Below are positions 1 through 9,947 of a stretch of DNA of 64,000 nt, piece by piece. Within the stretch, counting starts at the first letter, position 1; every line of letters begins with the position of its first letter. A program made the translations under genes and the position numbers. Below the pieces are notes generated by a model. The model saw only the letters and a list, made by a program, of their open reading frames with translations. It was not told where the DNA came from and searched no databases. This DNA is from an archaeon (GTDB lineage Archaea; Asgardarchaeota; Thorarchaeia; Thorarchaeales; Thorarchaeaceae): contig JAJRZD010000043.1 of the NCBI GenBank assembly GCA_024275415.1, forward strand, positions 10,981 through 74,980, read 5' to 3'.

Positions 1-340
1 GAAATGGGAGAATAAAGCAGGATATATGTGGGGTGAAACGCTTGTCAAGGGCATAGGAGACGTACAAGGTAGGAAACTGAGAATCTGGTTCAAAAATGAG
101 AATCATATCACATGGTTAGATGACTCTCCTTGGGTCACAAGTCCTGACCTTATCATCGTGATTGAACAACATACTGGCGAGCCACTAACAAACACCGACA
201 TCAACCCTGGTGACAATGTGAGTGTGATTGGTATGAAAGCAGCGCACCCGATGTTCCGTACGGCTGGAGGGCTTGCAGTTCTCGGGCCAAAACACTTCGG
301 TTTTGATATGACATATAGGCCAATCGAAGACCTAGTGTGA
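1..340 (+). CDS. C-terminal fragment of a DUF917-like (hydantoinase/ASKHA-related) protein. The reading frame is open back to the window edge, so the CDS is 5'-partial.
   Basis: No in-frame stop between position 2 and the listed ATG at 26. The C-terminal sequence pattern (GPKHFGFDMTYRPIEDL) resembles the DUF917 family. Confidence 0.4.
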   Translation, partial: KWENKAGYMWGETLVKGIGDVQGRKLRIWFKNENHITWLDDSPWVTSPDLIIVIEQHTGEPLTNTDINPGDNVSVIGMKAAHPMFRTAGGLAVLGPKHFGFDMTYRPIEDLV

Positions 341-347
341 TGAATCA

Positions 348-1049
348 CTACAACACTATGTAGCCTGTATAGTGTTTCCTATACCAATTTGGCTCATTAG
401 CGAAACGAACCGACTCATAGTCATTGTTGTAGAATTTGATAGGGTTCTTATCGGGATCCTCATCGGTCTTCTTCATGAGTCGTCGTGTATGGTGAATTGT
501 TGTCTGAGCCCATCGCTTTAATGCTAGCTTTTCTCTCCGCAACAAGGAGGGGTTATCCTCCCAGTACTTGTCAATGGCGCGGGCGATTTGTAGGTTGTAG
601 TAGTGTCCGGCAGTCCACGCCACGACCATAACGAACCCCGCAAACACAGCAAACCCGATGGCATAGGGGATGTAATCAGTGAGCGCAAAGAAAAATGTGA
701 GTACTGTTGCAGGAACAGCAAACGTGATCAGGATAAGAGATAGAAACCGGAGCGCCTGTCGCCGCGAATACATTTTTTTCACATCGGGAACCTGCGGAGA
801 TATCGCCGCAAATCGATGCAGAACCGTCCTCACAATCTTCCATTGTTTGACGAATGACCTGCCAATCCTGCCTTCTCCGACAGCATTCTCGATGAATGTC
901 AGGTCAAATGCCCGATGTATCCTGTAGCCATCGAATACAGTTATTATGTCCTTGCTCCATTTCAGATCAAGTCCTGATGGATCAAACTCGTATGTGTCCA
1001 AGTTAATCTTCGTGGGAGGTTTTTTCGAACCCGGTTTACCTTTACTCAA
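348..1049 (-). CDS. Hypothetical membrane protein with about 2 TM helices and a cytoplasmic N-terminal region.
   Basis: 233-aa ORF with two hydrophobic stretches (LSLILITFAVPATVLTFFFAL, AIGFAVFAGFVMVVAW). No recognisable catalytic motif. Confidence 0.45.
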   Translation of the reverse strand: MSKGKPGSKKPPTKINLDTYEFDPSGLDLKWSKDIITVFDGYRIHRAFDLTFIENAVGEGRIGRSFVKQWKIVRTVLHRFAAISPQVPDVKKMYSRRQALRFLSLILITFAVPATVLTFFFALTDYIPYAIGFAVFAGFVMVVAWTAGHYYNLQIARAIDKYWEDNPSLLRREKLALKRWAQTTIHHTRRLMKKTDEDPDKNPIKFYNNDYESVRFANEPNWYRKHYTGYIVL

Positions 1050-1189
1050 TCCTATCGCCTCGGGAAGATATCATCATGCTATTTAATCGCCCAACATAAG
1101 GATTCCCTTTGTCTTCATCGAGTGTTTAAGTATTAGAAACAAAACATCAATAAGACGTTTAACTTCATCAGTGGGTTAATCCGGATAAG

Positions 1190-2113
1190 GTGAGTCCCAT
1201 GAACAACTTGGATATCTATGAACATATCAGCAAGGATCCATATAATGAGCAGGGAGGCGAACTACGATTCAGTTCATCAGGGATGGAATTCATCCTTCCC
1301 CGCAAGAAAAGAGGACGAAAATACAAAATTCTATTCGAGGTCTTGTGGGATGAAGTTCTTGCCTATGATTGTAGTGAGATTCAATTCTGCAAGGATGAAA
1401 AGACATGGCCTTTGAATGAGCAATTGCCAGATGATTATTCTCCAGTTGGCACAGCAGGGATGTTTTTCGTTTTTATGCGAGCTAAGGGTGAGGCGTATTT
1501 TCAAATTTGGGCAATTATTCCCCAAGAAGATATCCAAGTTGTATCTGAGATTGCCTCAAAATACGTTGGTCGTGACAAGCTGTCCGGACTAGCACATCAT
1601 GGCACAACAGCGGCAGTAAGGCTAGTTCTAAACAACTGTAATGTCATCGAACGCTTGCGGCTCAAATGGCACGACTGGGTTAGGAGAGGACCTTCTATCA
1701 GGCCAAGAGCTAAATTCAAGGAACTGGATCCTGAACTCGTCTTTTGCAAGGAAGGAATGGCTATTGACTTCTTTGGAGCTAGTCCTAAATTAGAGCAGAT
1801 GTCCACGTTCTGGCCATGGCGAGTTATCCGGTCTATCAATATCCTTGATAGCGAGGTGCCTGAGATTGCCTTCATATGGCATGAGGACAGCTACACCTTC
1901 CGTTTGCAAGTATGGGATGATGAAGACCGAAAAGCCATCCTTGATGCGGCAAGGAATGCATTAGAAACGTACAGGTCAAGTGATGACGTATCCGAGATGA
2001 AATTAATCCGTCCTTGGTCATTCCCTTCAACATTCTATGAAACATGGGATGATTTGAAACCAAATGCCTGCAAGGCCAGTAGGGAAGGTTTCCCACCAAT
2101 CTTTGAGGAATGA
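1190..2113 (+). CDS. Hypothetical soluble protein, possibly with an internal two-domain duplication.
   Basis: 307-aa ORF. The N- and C-halves share a loose pattern (ELRF..GMEF / ELVF..GMAI). No known motif recognised. Confidence 0.4.
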   Translation: MSPMNNLDIYEHISKDPYNEQGGELRFSSSGMEFILPRKKRGRKYKILFEVLWDEVLAYDCSEIQFCKDEKTWPLNEQLPDDYSPVGTAGMFFVFMRAKGEAYFQIWAIIPQEDIQVVSEIASKYVGRDKLSGLAHHGTTAAVRLVLNNCNVIERLRLKWHDWVRRGPSIRPRAKFKELDPELVFCKEGMAIDFFGASPKLEQMSTFWPWRVIRSINILDSEVPEIAFIWHEDSYTFRLQVWDDEDRKAILDAARNALETYRSSDDVSEMKLIRPWSFPSTFYETWDDLKPNACKASREGFPPIFEE

Positions 2114-2178
2114 TATCGAAAAAAGAAGAGGAGGAAGCCTGGAAAATTCCAGGTTCCTTTCTTTCACTGAATTATTGA

Positions 2179-3750
2179 TCACTCGGGCGGTAGCTGTCCA
2201 AACACCGCAGCCATATCTACACCCTTCGCCTTGTTCTTGGCACCGTAGTACATGTACATCAACTGACCGAACAGATAGATGAACACAGTGAACAGCGTTT
2301 CAAACGGTAACCCTGATGGAACAAAGCTGATGAGAGCGTAGAAGAACACCGCTCCGCTCACAATTCCTGCCAGCGACACTAACGGGAATCCAAGTATGGT
2401 CCATGCACCAGATCGTTCCCACAAGGTCGGACGGTAGTACGGTAATGCCACCTCAACCAGTGAGAACTGCCATCGAATGAAGGTGTATGTGAACAGGACG
2501 CCGATGGCTATTGATACATCATACCATATTGCCATTACAATTATGACTACTTGGACAATAAGCCAGTAGTACAGAGAATTGTGGGGCACATGATACTTGG
2601 GATGGATGTCTGCCATCATCTCTGGACACATCCGATCCATTGCCATTGCATGGAACGGTCGCGTCACCCATAGTGCATTCGAAGGTCCATCCAATGTGCT
2701 CGCATACAACGGACCAAGGATTATGAACACAGCAAGACCAGGGTTGTCAGCAAGAGCCACGGCTGCAAAATTCCCAAAGCCTGGAAAGATGTCTGCTGTG
2801 GAGGCTGGATTCCAAGAGGCAATGTTGTTCCAGTATAGCACATCACCCATGCTTGTTTCAAGTGCATATGCAGAGAGCATGAAGAGTGCGCCGATTCCAA
2901 CAACACCACCCATGCAGCTCAAGGGGATGTTCCTACTTGGCTGTGAAACTTCTCCTGCAACTGGCATGATGAGGTATGGCCACATGATACCTACCGCAGT
3001 AGTAAGAGCACCGGCTACTGCACCTAGATTCAGCGTCTGCCAAGCTGAGATATCTGTTATCCCAATACCCGCTGCTGCTGCTTGAAGGTCAGCGATCTCA
3101 TGACCGGTTCCTGCGAATACAGTGTCCCATATCCCGGAAATATTGGTCGTGAGTAGCACGATATCAGCCAATACGACAGCAGCGATATTGATTATTCCCA
3201 GGATTATCACAAACCAGCCCAGTGTGCGTACGCTCAGATAGCTGAAGATGAATCCTATGGCGGTCAGTATCAACGCGAGAATTACAACAGGCACATAATC
3301 TGTGTAGCTCCCGAGTGCTGTCCCTAGGTCGATGAATGTCTGGTTGTTTGTTATTGTGCCAAGCACAAGAAAACCACCCGCTGATACTCTAGCTGCAAAG
3401 AAGCTAGCGGATCCCCGGAATACTGGATTGGTAATGACTGAACGCCAACCTTCCATTACACCGAAAAGCGGATGGAGACCTCGACCGACAAAGTGGTACG
3501 AAGCACCGGACCGTGGCATCGCAAGCATCAGACACATTGTACCTAAACCTTCGAAAAGTATGGCAAATGTACCTACTGCGAAGGTGGGCACAAGATGCGC
3601 GCCCGCAACCCATGTTGATACCTGTGGAGCCACGAAATGGAAGTACGGTCCAACAGTCAACGCAATTGGAAGAATCAACGCGAACCACGGACCTACTTCT
3701 TTCACGAGTCCGGAGCTTTCCCTAACGAATAGCAATTGATCGTTGCTCAT
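2179..3750 (-). CDS. APC-superfamily amino acid permease.
   Basis: 523 aa with about 12 hydrophobic helices. The N-terminal region is typical of amino acid/polyamine/organocation transporters. Confidence 0.8.
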   Translation of the reverse strand: MSNDQLLFVRESSGLVKEVGPWFALILPIALTVGPYFHFVAPQVSTWVAGAHLVPTFAVGTFAILFEGLGTMCLMLAMPRSGASYHFVGRGLHPLFGVMEGWRSVITNPVFRGSASFFAARVSAGGFLVLGTITNNQTFIDLGTALGSYTDYVPVVILALILTAIGFIFSYLSVRTLGWFVIILGIINIAAVVLADIVLLTTNISGIWDTVFAGTGHEIADLQAAAAGIGITDISAWQTLNLGAVAGALTTAVGIMWPYLIMPVAGEVSQPSRNIPLSCMGGVVGIGALFMLSAYALETSMGDVLYWNNIASWNPASTADIFPGFGNFAAVALADNPGLAVFIILGPLYASTLDGPSNALWVTRPFHAMAMDRMCPEMMADIHPKYHVPHNSLYYWLIVQVVIIVMAIWYDVSIAIGVLFTYTFIRWQFSLVEVALPYYRPTLWERSGAWTILGFPLVSLAGIVSGAVFFYALISFVPSGLPFETLFTVFIYLFGQLMYMYYGAKNKAKGVDMAAVFGQLPPE

Positions 3751-4139
3751 TTTTCGGGGTTCTCCTTTGTTTTTTCTCTCTCACGGCGGATTTGATTCTC
3801 TCCGTGATAACATTCCTTAGAGGATTCCTGATATTTAACCCTTGTTAGATTAAGAAAAATTGTCGAATCTATCCATTGTTAAAGACTGTTAAAGTATGAA
3901 CTGGTAAATCCCACAACTTAAAGATAGGTTGACAACAGCTGTACAAGACCTAGACGATCATGGACATCTTGTTGTGGGTGCTTGGATAGTTTCGACGAAA
4001 CATACTCGGTGAGGTCATCCATGACATACGTAGGATCTCACGGAGTCCACCCAGTGCCGTTCTCTGGAAGTACAGCACTCTGGTGTCAAAGCTTGTATAA
4101 CTTACAATAAACGGTCTAATACATACCTGTAAACAAACC

Positions 4140-5027
4140 TTACTCCAGATCCTTGAAAAAGTCCTCATCGAGAAGATAGACATTCACTGGAACCGTACGA
4201 ATCCCTGTCTTGCTCTCTGTGAGGATATGCAGAATGATTTCTTTGTCCATGATATGAACAGGAGTAGTGGATACATTGGGTACAAGCGCTTCTTCGCGTC
4301 CTTCGTCATCTACAATACCATTAGAGATCAATACACCTTGATTTGCCCCATATTTAGGGAGTGCACCCCGAATCTCAAGGATGGTTTCTTTAGTTATCTT
4401 CTCATCCAGGCCGCATTTCTTTACATGGAACACTACAGGGGCTCGGCCTCCGTCATCCAGCCAAGAAGTAGTCAAGATAATCGTGTTGTTGTACCGATCC
4501 ATCTCTTTCACTTCCGCTCCGTCTTTTCCGACACGAGCTCTGATGTTCGTAAGGATGACAATGGCTAACTGTTTGAATGCATCAAGGCTGAGGTTCGCAA
4601 TGGCCTGGTTGAGCTTGCTTCGCGTGACCTTGTTGAATTCAGAAGCTCGTTTGCGGACTTCTTTGACTGACTCCTCATCTATTGCGCCCTCACATAGCTC
4701 GTTGTATTGGTATAGTCCAGGACCTTTTCTGACAAAATAGGCTGGCCGATCGTCACGCAATGCCTGTTTCTGTTCAATAGAGAGGGATGCTGAAACAGAA
4801 GCGGGATCGCGTCCCAAGTCCTCTGCGATGTCCGTGTAGTGAACTGGCTTGTGCCTTGCATGTTTCGCAAGCCATTTCTTTAAAGTCAATCGTTGGTCTT
4901 TATTGTCCACTGTCAAGGTCATCAACAGCATCAAGTTGAACGTTGCATGAACCGATTTAAGGCTCAGCGTTTGAATGTAAAACTGCATTAGTACGTATAT
5001 ATCTTTCTTAAGTATATAATCGACCAC
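4140..5027 (-). CDS. Mrr-like type IV (modification-dependent) restriction endonuclease with an N-terminal winged-helix domain and a C-terminal Mrr catalytic domain.
   Basis: The Mrr_N-like segment is ...AYFVRKGPGLYQYNE. The Mrr_cat-like segment is DDGGRAPVVFHVKKCGLDEKITKETILEIRGALPKYGANQGVLISNG, carrying a D-(D/E)xK core. The true start may be an internal Met. Confidence 0.6.
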   Translation of the reverse strand: MVDYILKKDIYVLMQFYIQTLSLKSVHATFNLMLLMTLTVDNKDQRLTLKKWLAKHARHKPVHYTDIAEDLGRDPASVSASLSIEQKQALRDDRPAYFVRKGPGLYQYNELCEGAIDEESVKEVRKRASEFNKVTRSKLNQAIANLSLDAFKQLAIVILTNIRARVGKDGAEVKEMDRYNNTIILTTSWLDDGGRAPVVFHVKKCGLDEKITKETILEIRGALPKYGANQGVLISNGIVDDEGREEALVPNVSTTPVHIMDKEIILHILTESKTGIRTVPVNVYLLDEDFFKDLE

Positions 5028-5074
5028 AATTTTAATACTGATTTAATGTTAGAGATAGTGGAGACAACAGAAAA

Positions 5075-5365
5075 ATGATACAGGTATATGTCAAGCTTAT
5101 GGGAAAAGGTCTCAAGTCTCACGAGCATGATATGTTCCCTTTCGAGATTGGCACGAACACGACTGTACGCGGGTTGATAGATGCCCTTCACAGCAACTAC
5201 AGAGAACGCTTCGAGGTATATTTGGAGGAAATCGAGAATCGGACGTTGCGAAAGGATGCTATCGTTATTGTGAATGGTGCCAACATGGTGACAAAAGACG
5301 GGCTGGATACCAAGTTGTCAAAGGGAGACCTTGTTGTGTTCATGATCGCAGCGGTTGGTGGATGA
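5075..5365 (+). CDS. MoaD/ThiS-family beta-grasp protein with a C-terminal Gly-Gly (SAMP-like small modifier or sulfur carrier).
   Basis: 96 aa ending ...MIAAVGG followed by a stop. Size and C-terminal diglycine match the MoaD/ThiS/SAMP family. Confidence 0.6.
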   Translation: MIQVYVKLMGKGLKSHEHDMFPFEIGTNTTVRGLIDALHSNYRERFEVYLEEIENRTLRKDAIVIVNGANMVTKDGLDTKLSKGDLVVFMIAAVGG

Positions 5366-5443
5366 ACAAGTAACATTGATCCACCTTTTACTGATATGCG
5401 ACCATCCGTTTTCTTTTGTTTCGAACAGCTTGTTGTGGAGCAT

Positions 5444-6640
5444 CTAATCATCAGGGATATAGTAAGGGTCAAGAATCTCCTCGTCAACGATGCCAGCACT
5501 AACCGCGACAAGCTCTGCAATGTCCAACACTCTGATTGGTGCATCAGCTTTGTACACTGCATGAGTCAGGTTCATCTCACACGCTGGACAGATGGTTGAC
5601 AGTATCTCTGCGTCAGTTGCTTGGACATGAACCAGGCGTTCCGCTGAAACCTTTTCTGAGTGTTCTGAGAACATTAGCTTCACACCGCCACCGCCTCCAC
5701 AACAGAAAGCATCTGCTCTCACACGATCCATCTCAACAAACTTGATTCCAGGGAGGGCTTTGATGACCTTGCGAGGGGATTCATAAATCTCTTTATACCG
5801 TCCAATCTCGCACGGGTCATGGTATGTAACCACGACATCAATCGAGTTCTTCAGTTCCAACTTTCCGCGTTCTATGATCTCTTCGAGCACCTCGCTGGTA
5901 TGTTTCACTTTGAAGGGCAGTGTTTCGACCCCTAGGATGCTTGGGTATTCCTCATCGAACGCCCTAAAACAACTCGGGCACGGTGTGATGATTTCCTTCA
6001 CACCACGCTCAGAGAGCATATCGACATAATCCTGCACCCACTTGGTCGCATGTTCCATTTTCCCAGAAATCCAGAAGGGTGTTCCACAACACTTCTGGTC
6101 GTCGCCCAAGAAGTCAAGCTTGTATCCAGCAGCTTGCAAAACACGTACGAGGATGTTCGTCTTCTCCTTGAAGCGATGACTTGCAAGACACCCTGGATAG
6201 AACAGAATGCCTGAACCAGACTCGAATTGAAGCCCACTAGCCCATGCACTATGTGCTTTGGCACTTTCCTGAAAGATATTCCCGGACTCATAGGCACTGT
6301 CAGCCATCTGGGCCCCCTCGACTGGGATTGGGATCCCTTGCTCTACAAAGTCCTCACGCATTGCCTTCGTGATAGCAATCACATCGATCTGTGCTGCTTT
6401 CTTGCATTCCTCGCGACACCTCGCACACATGAAACACCCGAAGATTCGCTCCGCCAGATCCTCAGAGTACTTGAGTTTGCCTTCAAGGATGCCTCGGGCT
6501 ATAGCCATCCGACCCCGAGCAGTAGAAGACTCCCAGTATTGCGTGAAGACCTCTGGACAGCGCTCATTGAATTCCTGACCCCGACAGAAATTGCACCTGC
6601 CGCAGGCATAGATCATATCCTTATATTCGTCAATCCTCAT
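5444..6640 (-). CDS. Fe-S subunit with two 4Fe-4S ferredoxin motifs and two CCG domains (GlcF / LldF / HdrD-like).
   Basis: N-terminal ferredoxin motifs are CGRCNFCRGQEFNERCP and CFMCARCREEC. The CCG motifs are KCCGTPFW and FCCGGGGG. The start overlaps the upstream FAD subunit by 4 nt. Confidence 0.75.
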   Translation of the reverse strand: MRIDEYKDMIYACGRCNFCRGQEFNERCPEVFTQYWESSTARGRMAIARGILEGKLKYSEDLAERIFGCFMCARCREECKKAAQIDVIAITKAMREDFVEQGIPIPVEGAQMADSAYESGNIFQESAKAHSAWASGLQFESGSGILFYPGCLASHRFKEKTNILVRVLQAAGYKLDFLGDDQKCCGTPFWISGKMEHATKWVQDYVDMLSERGVKEIITPCPSCFRAFDEEYPSILGVETLPFKVKHTSEVLEEIIERGKLELKNSIDVVVTYHDPCEIGRYKEIYESPRKVIKALPGIKFVEMDRVRADAFCCGGGGGVKLMFSEHSEKVSAERLVHVQATDAEILSTICPACEMNLTHAVYKADAPIRVLDIAELVAVSAGIVDEEILDPYYIPDD

Positions 6641-8016
6641 TGCAGTTCCTCCTTCGGGATCATGATACCTCGTTGAAGGATATTCTTCGGGTCAAGAGTC
6701 TTCTTCAGCATCTTCAACAGCCTGTAATAACCAGTGTCATGGGACGCAAGGTACGGCATGAGTCCATCCTTTCCCCCAATGCCATACGGCACAAGTGGGC
6801 CCTCATGACATATCTCATTGATTTCATTTGCCAGTTTGATAATCTCATCCCATTCCTCGGGTTCTTTGTAATTTGTGACCATAAATGCCAACCAAGAACG
6901 GGGCACGACTTGACCACCGAATCCGGCTTTCTTGTAGCCCCTCTTCTCTACCAGTTCTTCCTTCCACACTTTGTAGAGAAAGCGTATTTTGTCGATGGCG
7001 ATGGTACCAGCCCCGAAGAAATGCCAGACCCCAGCGGCAAAGATATCGGTTAATCCTGTCAGTATCCTGTCGAAGTAGTCGTGTGCCGGGGCTGGATCCA
7101 TACTCTCATAGCCATGCTCTTTGAGCCATTGAAGAATCCTCCTCTTCCTGTGATCGATTATTTCCTCTTCATAGCCAAACACATCCATCATCACGAGAAA
7201 GGCATCAGGCTCATTTGGGTCAACCCAGAGATAGATTCCCTGAAGGTACTCGTCTCCCACATGACGATTGATGAAATGTCCGAACTCTATAACATCATCT
7301 AACGAAGACATCATAGTGAGCAGTCGCTCCTTAAAATTACTCACAGGTCTTATCCGTAGCGTGAGCTCAGTGCAGACACCAAGGACTCCTTCTGCACCGA
7401 TGAACATCCCCGCAAGATCAGGCCCTAAGCATTGACGCTTGATTTTACCAGCGCCTGGCCAGGCTGCACTCCCCGTTTCGACGATATCACCATTCGGTAA
7501 TACCATCTGCAGGGTTATCACATCAGAATCTCCGTGGTACCCGAATTTGGCGGTTGAGTGAGGACCACTCCCTGCCTTCATCACTGAGCCCCCTACAGTC
7601 ATCGCAGGGCCTCCCGCTTCACTACAGAGATATGTAAGTCCCTGTTTTCGAAGCTCCCTATCTAGTTTTGAGAAGGTGCAACTTGGCTGCACAGTTACCG
7701 TGAGGTTCCTCTCATCAATGTCCAATATCTGATTCATCCTTGCCATATCGAGAAGGATGCCTGGCTCTTGGGGGAGATACGCATCCCAGTGAGAGGTGCC
7801 GCCCCCGCGGATATAGACAGGGATGTCATGTTCATTTGCAATCCGGAGAATCTCTTGGATTTCCTCCTTGGTTTCAGGCATGACTACATGAGTCGGGAAC
7901 TTCTGTCGTGCAGGGCTAAGGTCTCGGGAGTACGGTATTATGTCAAAATCCTTGTCAGTGACTCTTTCGGGCCCAACAATCGATGACAACAGACTAGTGA
8001 TGTCAACATCAGCCAT
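6637..8016 (-). CDS. FAD-linked oxidase (GlcD / D-lactate dehydrogenase family).
   Basis: 459 aa. The N-terminus has FAD-binding type-4 features (GPERVTDKDFDIIPYSRD...RGGGTSHW). It is translationally coupled to the CCG-domain Fe-S subunit. Confidence 0.75.
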   Translation of the reverse strand: MADVDITSLLSSIVGPERVTDKDFDIIPYSRDLSPARQKFPTHVVMPETKEEIQEILRIANEHDIPVYIRGGGTSHWDAYLPQEPGILLDMARMNQILDIDERNLTVTVQPSCTFSKLDRELRKQGLTYLCSEAGGPAMTVGGSVMKAGSGPHSTAKFGYHGDSDVITLQMVLPNGDIVETGSAAWPGAGKIKRQCLGPDLAGMFIGAEGVLGVCTELTLRIRPVSNFKERLLTMMSSLDDVIEFGHFINRHVGDEYLQGIYLWVDPNEPDAFLVMMDVFGYEEEIIDHRKRRILQWLKEHGYESMDPAPAHDYFDRILTGLTDIFAAGVWHFFGAGTIAIDKIRFLYKVWKEELVEKRGYKKAGFGGQVVPRSWLAFMVTNYKEPEEWDEIIKLANEINEICHEGPLVPYGIGGKDGLMPYLASHDTGYYRLLKMLKKTLDPKNILQRGIMIPKEELQ

Positions 8017-8121
8017 GGAATTTCACTCCATAATCTGAAGAAGTGGTATGCTCAATATTAAACACTCCGGTCGAACATTAACACGCTTTAAGATTCTGCT
8101 TCGAATGAGTTTAATATCATA

Positions 8122-9288
8122 GTGCATACGAAAAAGTGGAAGGTCTTTGTCATGAAGGCTCGTGAGAGATTCTACAAGGCGATGGAACACGAAGAACCAG
8201 ACCGCGTCCCGTTAGACATCTGGATAACCCCCGCAGCATATGAAACTACCAAAAAGCATCTGGGTCTAGACGTTCCAGAAGAGCAGGAATGGGGAATAAT
8301 GGCACCTCTTAAAGTTTCAGAGGAATTCCTCAGACGGCTACACATTGATTTTAGACGTGTGTACATGAATCCGGCAGCCGGTTTCAAGATGACGACCTAC
8401 CCTGATGGCTCGACTGACACAGAGTACGGTTTCCGGGGAAAATGGTTCGGCCCGTATTGGGAAATCACTTATCACCCATGGGCTGAGTTCACCGAGGTCG
8501 AGCAGGTTCTGCAGTACGAATGGCCAGACCCAGAAGACCCTTCTCGGATGGAGGGCGTCACAGAATGGGCGAAACACCTGCACGAGGAAACAGACTATGC
8601 AGTGGTGGGTATGGTCGGTGGCCCCTGGGGTGTCTTCGAGATCAGTGCCCATTATATGCGTGGATTCCAGAAATTCTTGCTGGACTTGATGAAAAGACCT
8701 GATCTGGCAGACGCCATGATGAAAAAATCGATGGCTCTGGCTTTGGACATGAATCGAGTCTTCCTCGATGAGATAGGCGACTATCTTGACATTGTTCTGG
8801 TCGGGGATGATCTTGGACATCAGCATGGGCTGCTTATGAGTCCAAAAATGTACCGGGAGCACATCAAGCCATTGCATAAGAGAATCTATGGCGACATCCA
8901 CAGACGTGCACCTCATGTCAAGATTCTGTATCATAGCTGTGGAGCAATTGAGCCGATGATTAATGATCTCATCGAGGTAGGAGTGGACATCCTGAACCCT
9001 ATCCAGCCATTGGCGAAAGGAATGGATTCCTTCGGCTTGAAGCAAAGATACGGGGACAGGCTGTCATTCCACGGTGCCATAGACCTTCAACATGCAATGT
9101 CTGAGAAGGGAACCATAGAGGATCTCCATCGAGAGATAGACATACGAATCACAGCATTGGCTCCTGATGGAGGTTACATCTTTGCGCCTGCTCACAATAT
9201 TCAGCCTGACTCGAGTGCCGAGAAAATCATCGAGATGTATGACTATGCGGAGAGAAGAGGACAGTATCCAATAATGCCTATGGAATAG
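8122..9288 (+). CDS. Uroporphyrinogen decarboxylase (URO-D) family protein, of the MtaA/MtbA methyltransferase-like or URO-D-like type.
   Basis: About 380 aa with URO-D-fold length and pattern. The N-terminus has the RVP(L/V)D motif typical of the family. The start may be at Met-11 (8152). Confidence 0.6.
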   Translation: MHTKKWKVFVMKARERFYKAMEHEEPDRVPLDIWITPAAYETTKKHLGLDVPEEQEWGIMAPLKVSEEFLRRLHIDFRRVYMNPAAGFKMTTYPDGSTDTEYGFRGKWFGPYWEITYHPWAEFTEVEQVLQYEWPDPEDPSRMEGVTEWAKHLHEETDYAVVGMVGGPWGVFEISAHYMRGFQKFLLDLMKRPDLADAMMKKSMALALDMNRVFLDEIGDYLDIVLVGDDLGHQHGLLMSPKMYREHIKPLHKRIYGDIHRRAPHVKILYHSCGAIEPMINDLIEVGVDILNPIQPLAKGMDSFGLKQRYGDRLSFHGAIDLQHAMSEKGTIEDLHREIDIRITALAPDGGYIFAPAHNIQPDSSAEKIIEMYDYAERRGQYPIMPME

Positions 9289-9940
9289 GTCGTTCTTTAT
9301 GCAGGTCGTGAGGGTCGTTTCCCTCTTTGAGCCGCTCCTCCCACCAGCGGTCAGTCCCCACGACTTCCTCCGCAGCATCAAGGACTTTGTCTACCACATC
9401 TATTGGGATTACCACAACGCCATCACCATCACCAAAGACCAAATCCCCAGGATGAACCGTCACACCACCACATACGATTGGCTTGTTCATTGATTCCATG
9501 TCCATCCGCCCGCGCATCGTTCCCGGATGGCGACCCCTCGCATAGACGGGGAACTGCATCCTGTCGATGTCGCTTATGTCCCTGACGGTACCATCTATCA
9601 CGGCACCCCTGACTCCGAGTGGCAATCCTATCCTTGTCAGCACCTGCCCCCATGCAGAGCAGTCGTTGGCACCTGATGTGTCAATCAAGATGACATCACC
9701 ACTAGACGCCTTTGTTGCAAGGGACATGAAGAGATCCAGCTGATGTTCGTCATACGGGTGATTCACTGGAGATCGTACGAGCTTGCCAGTCCTTGCAAAG
9801 CCAATCATTTGGCATGTCTGTGTTAAGGGACGGATACCTGAGTCCATGCACACTCTCCGCAATCCAATGGTGTCTGCTGCATCCGAGATAGCTGCTGCAT
9901 AGAGGTTCGATGCCCTCCTGATAATCTCGTTCTTGTCCAC
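9278..9940 (-). CDS. RraA-family protein (4-hydroxy-4-methyl-2-oxoglutarate aldolase / RNase E inhibitor fold).
   Basis: 220 aa. The N-terminal pattern (SDAADTIGLRRVCMDSGIRPL...) matches the RraA/MenG-like family. Confidence 0.65.
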   Translation of the reverse strand: MDKNEIIRRASNLYAAAISDAADTIGLRRVCMDSGIRPLTQTCQMIGFARTGKLVRSPVNHPYDEHQLDLFMSLATKASSGDVILIDTSGANDCSAWGQVLTRIGLPLGVRGAVIDGTVRDISDIDRMQFPVYARGRHPGTMRGRMDMESMNKPIVCGGVTVHPGDLVFGDGDGVVVIPIDVVDKVLDAAEEVVGTDRWWEERLKEGNDPHDLHKERPIP

Positions 9941-9947
9941 TTGTACA

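Noticed and set aside
2597-3739. Plus-strand ORFs (2597..3085, 3332..3739, 3513..3725) inside the permease locus.
   Set aside because: They are antisense to the 523-aa APC permease and have low-complexity, Arg/Pro-rich translations typical of shadow frames.
8338-9045. 235-aa minus-strand ORF.
   Set aside because: It is completely antisense to the URO-D-family gene and has no motif support.
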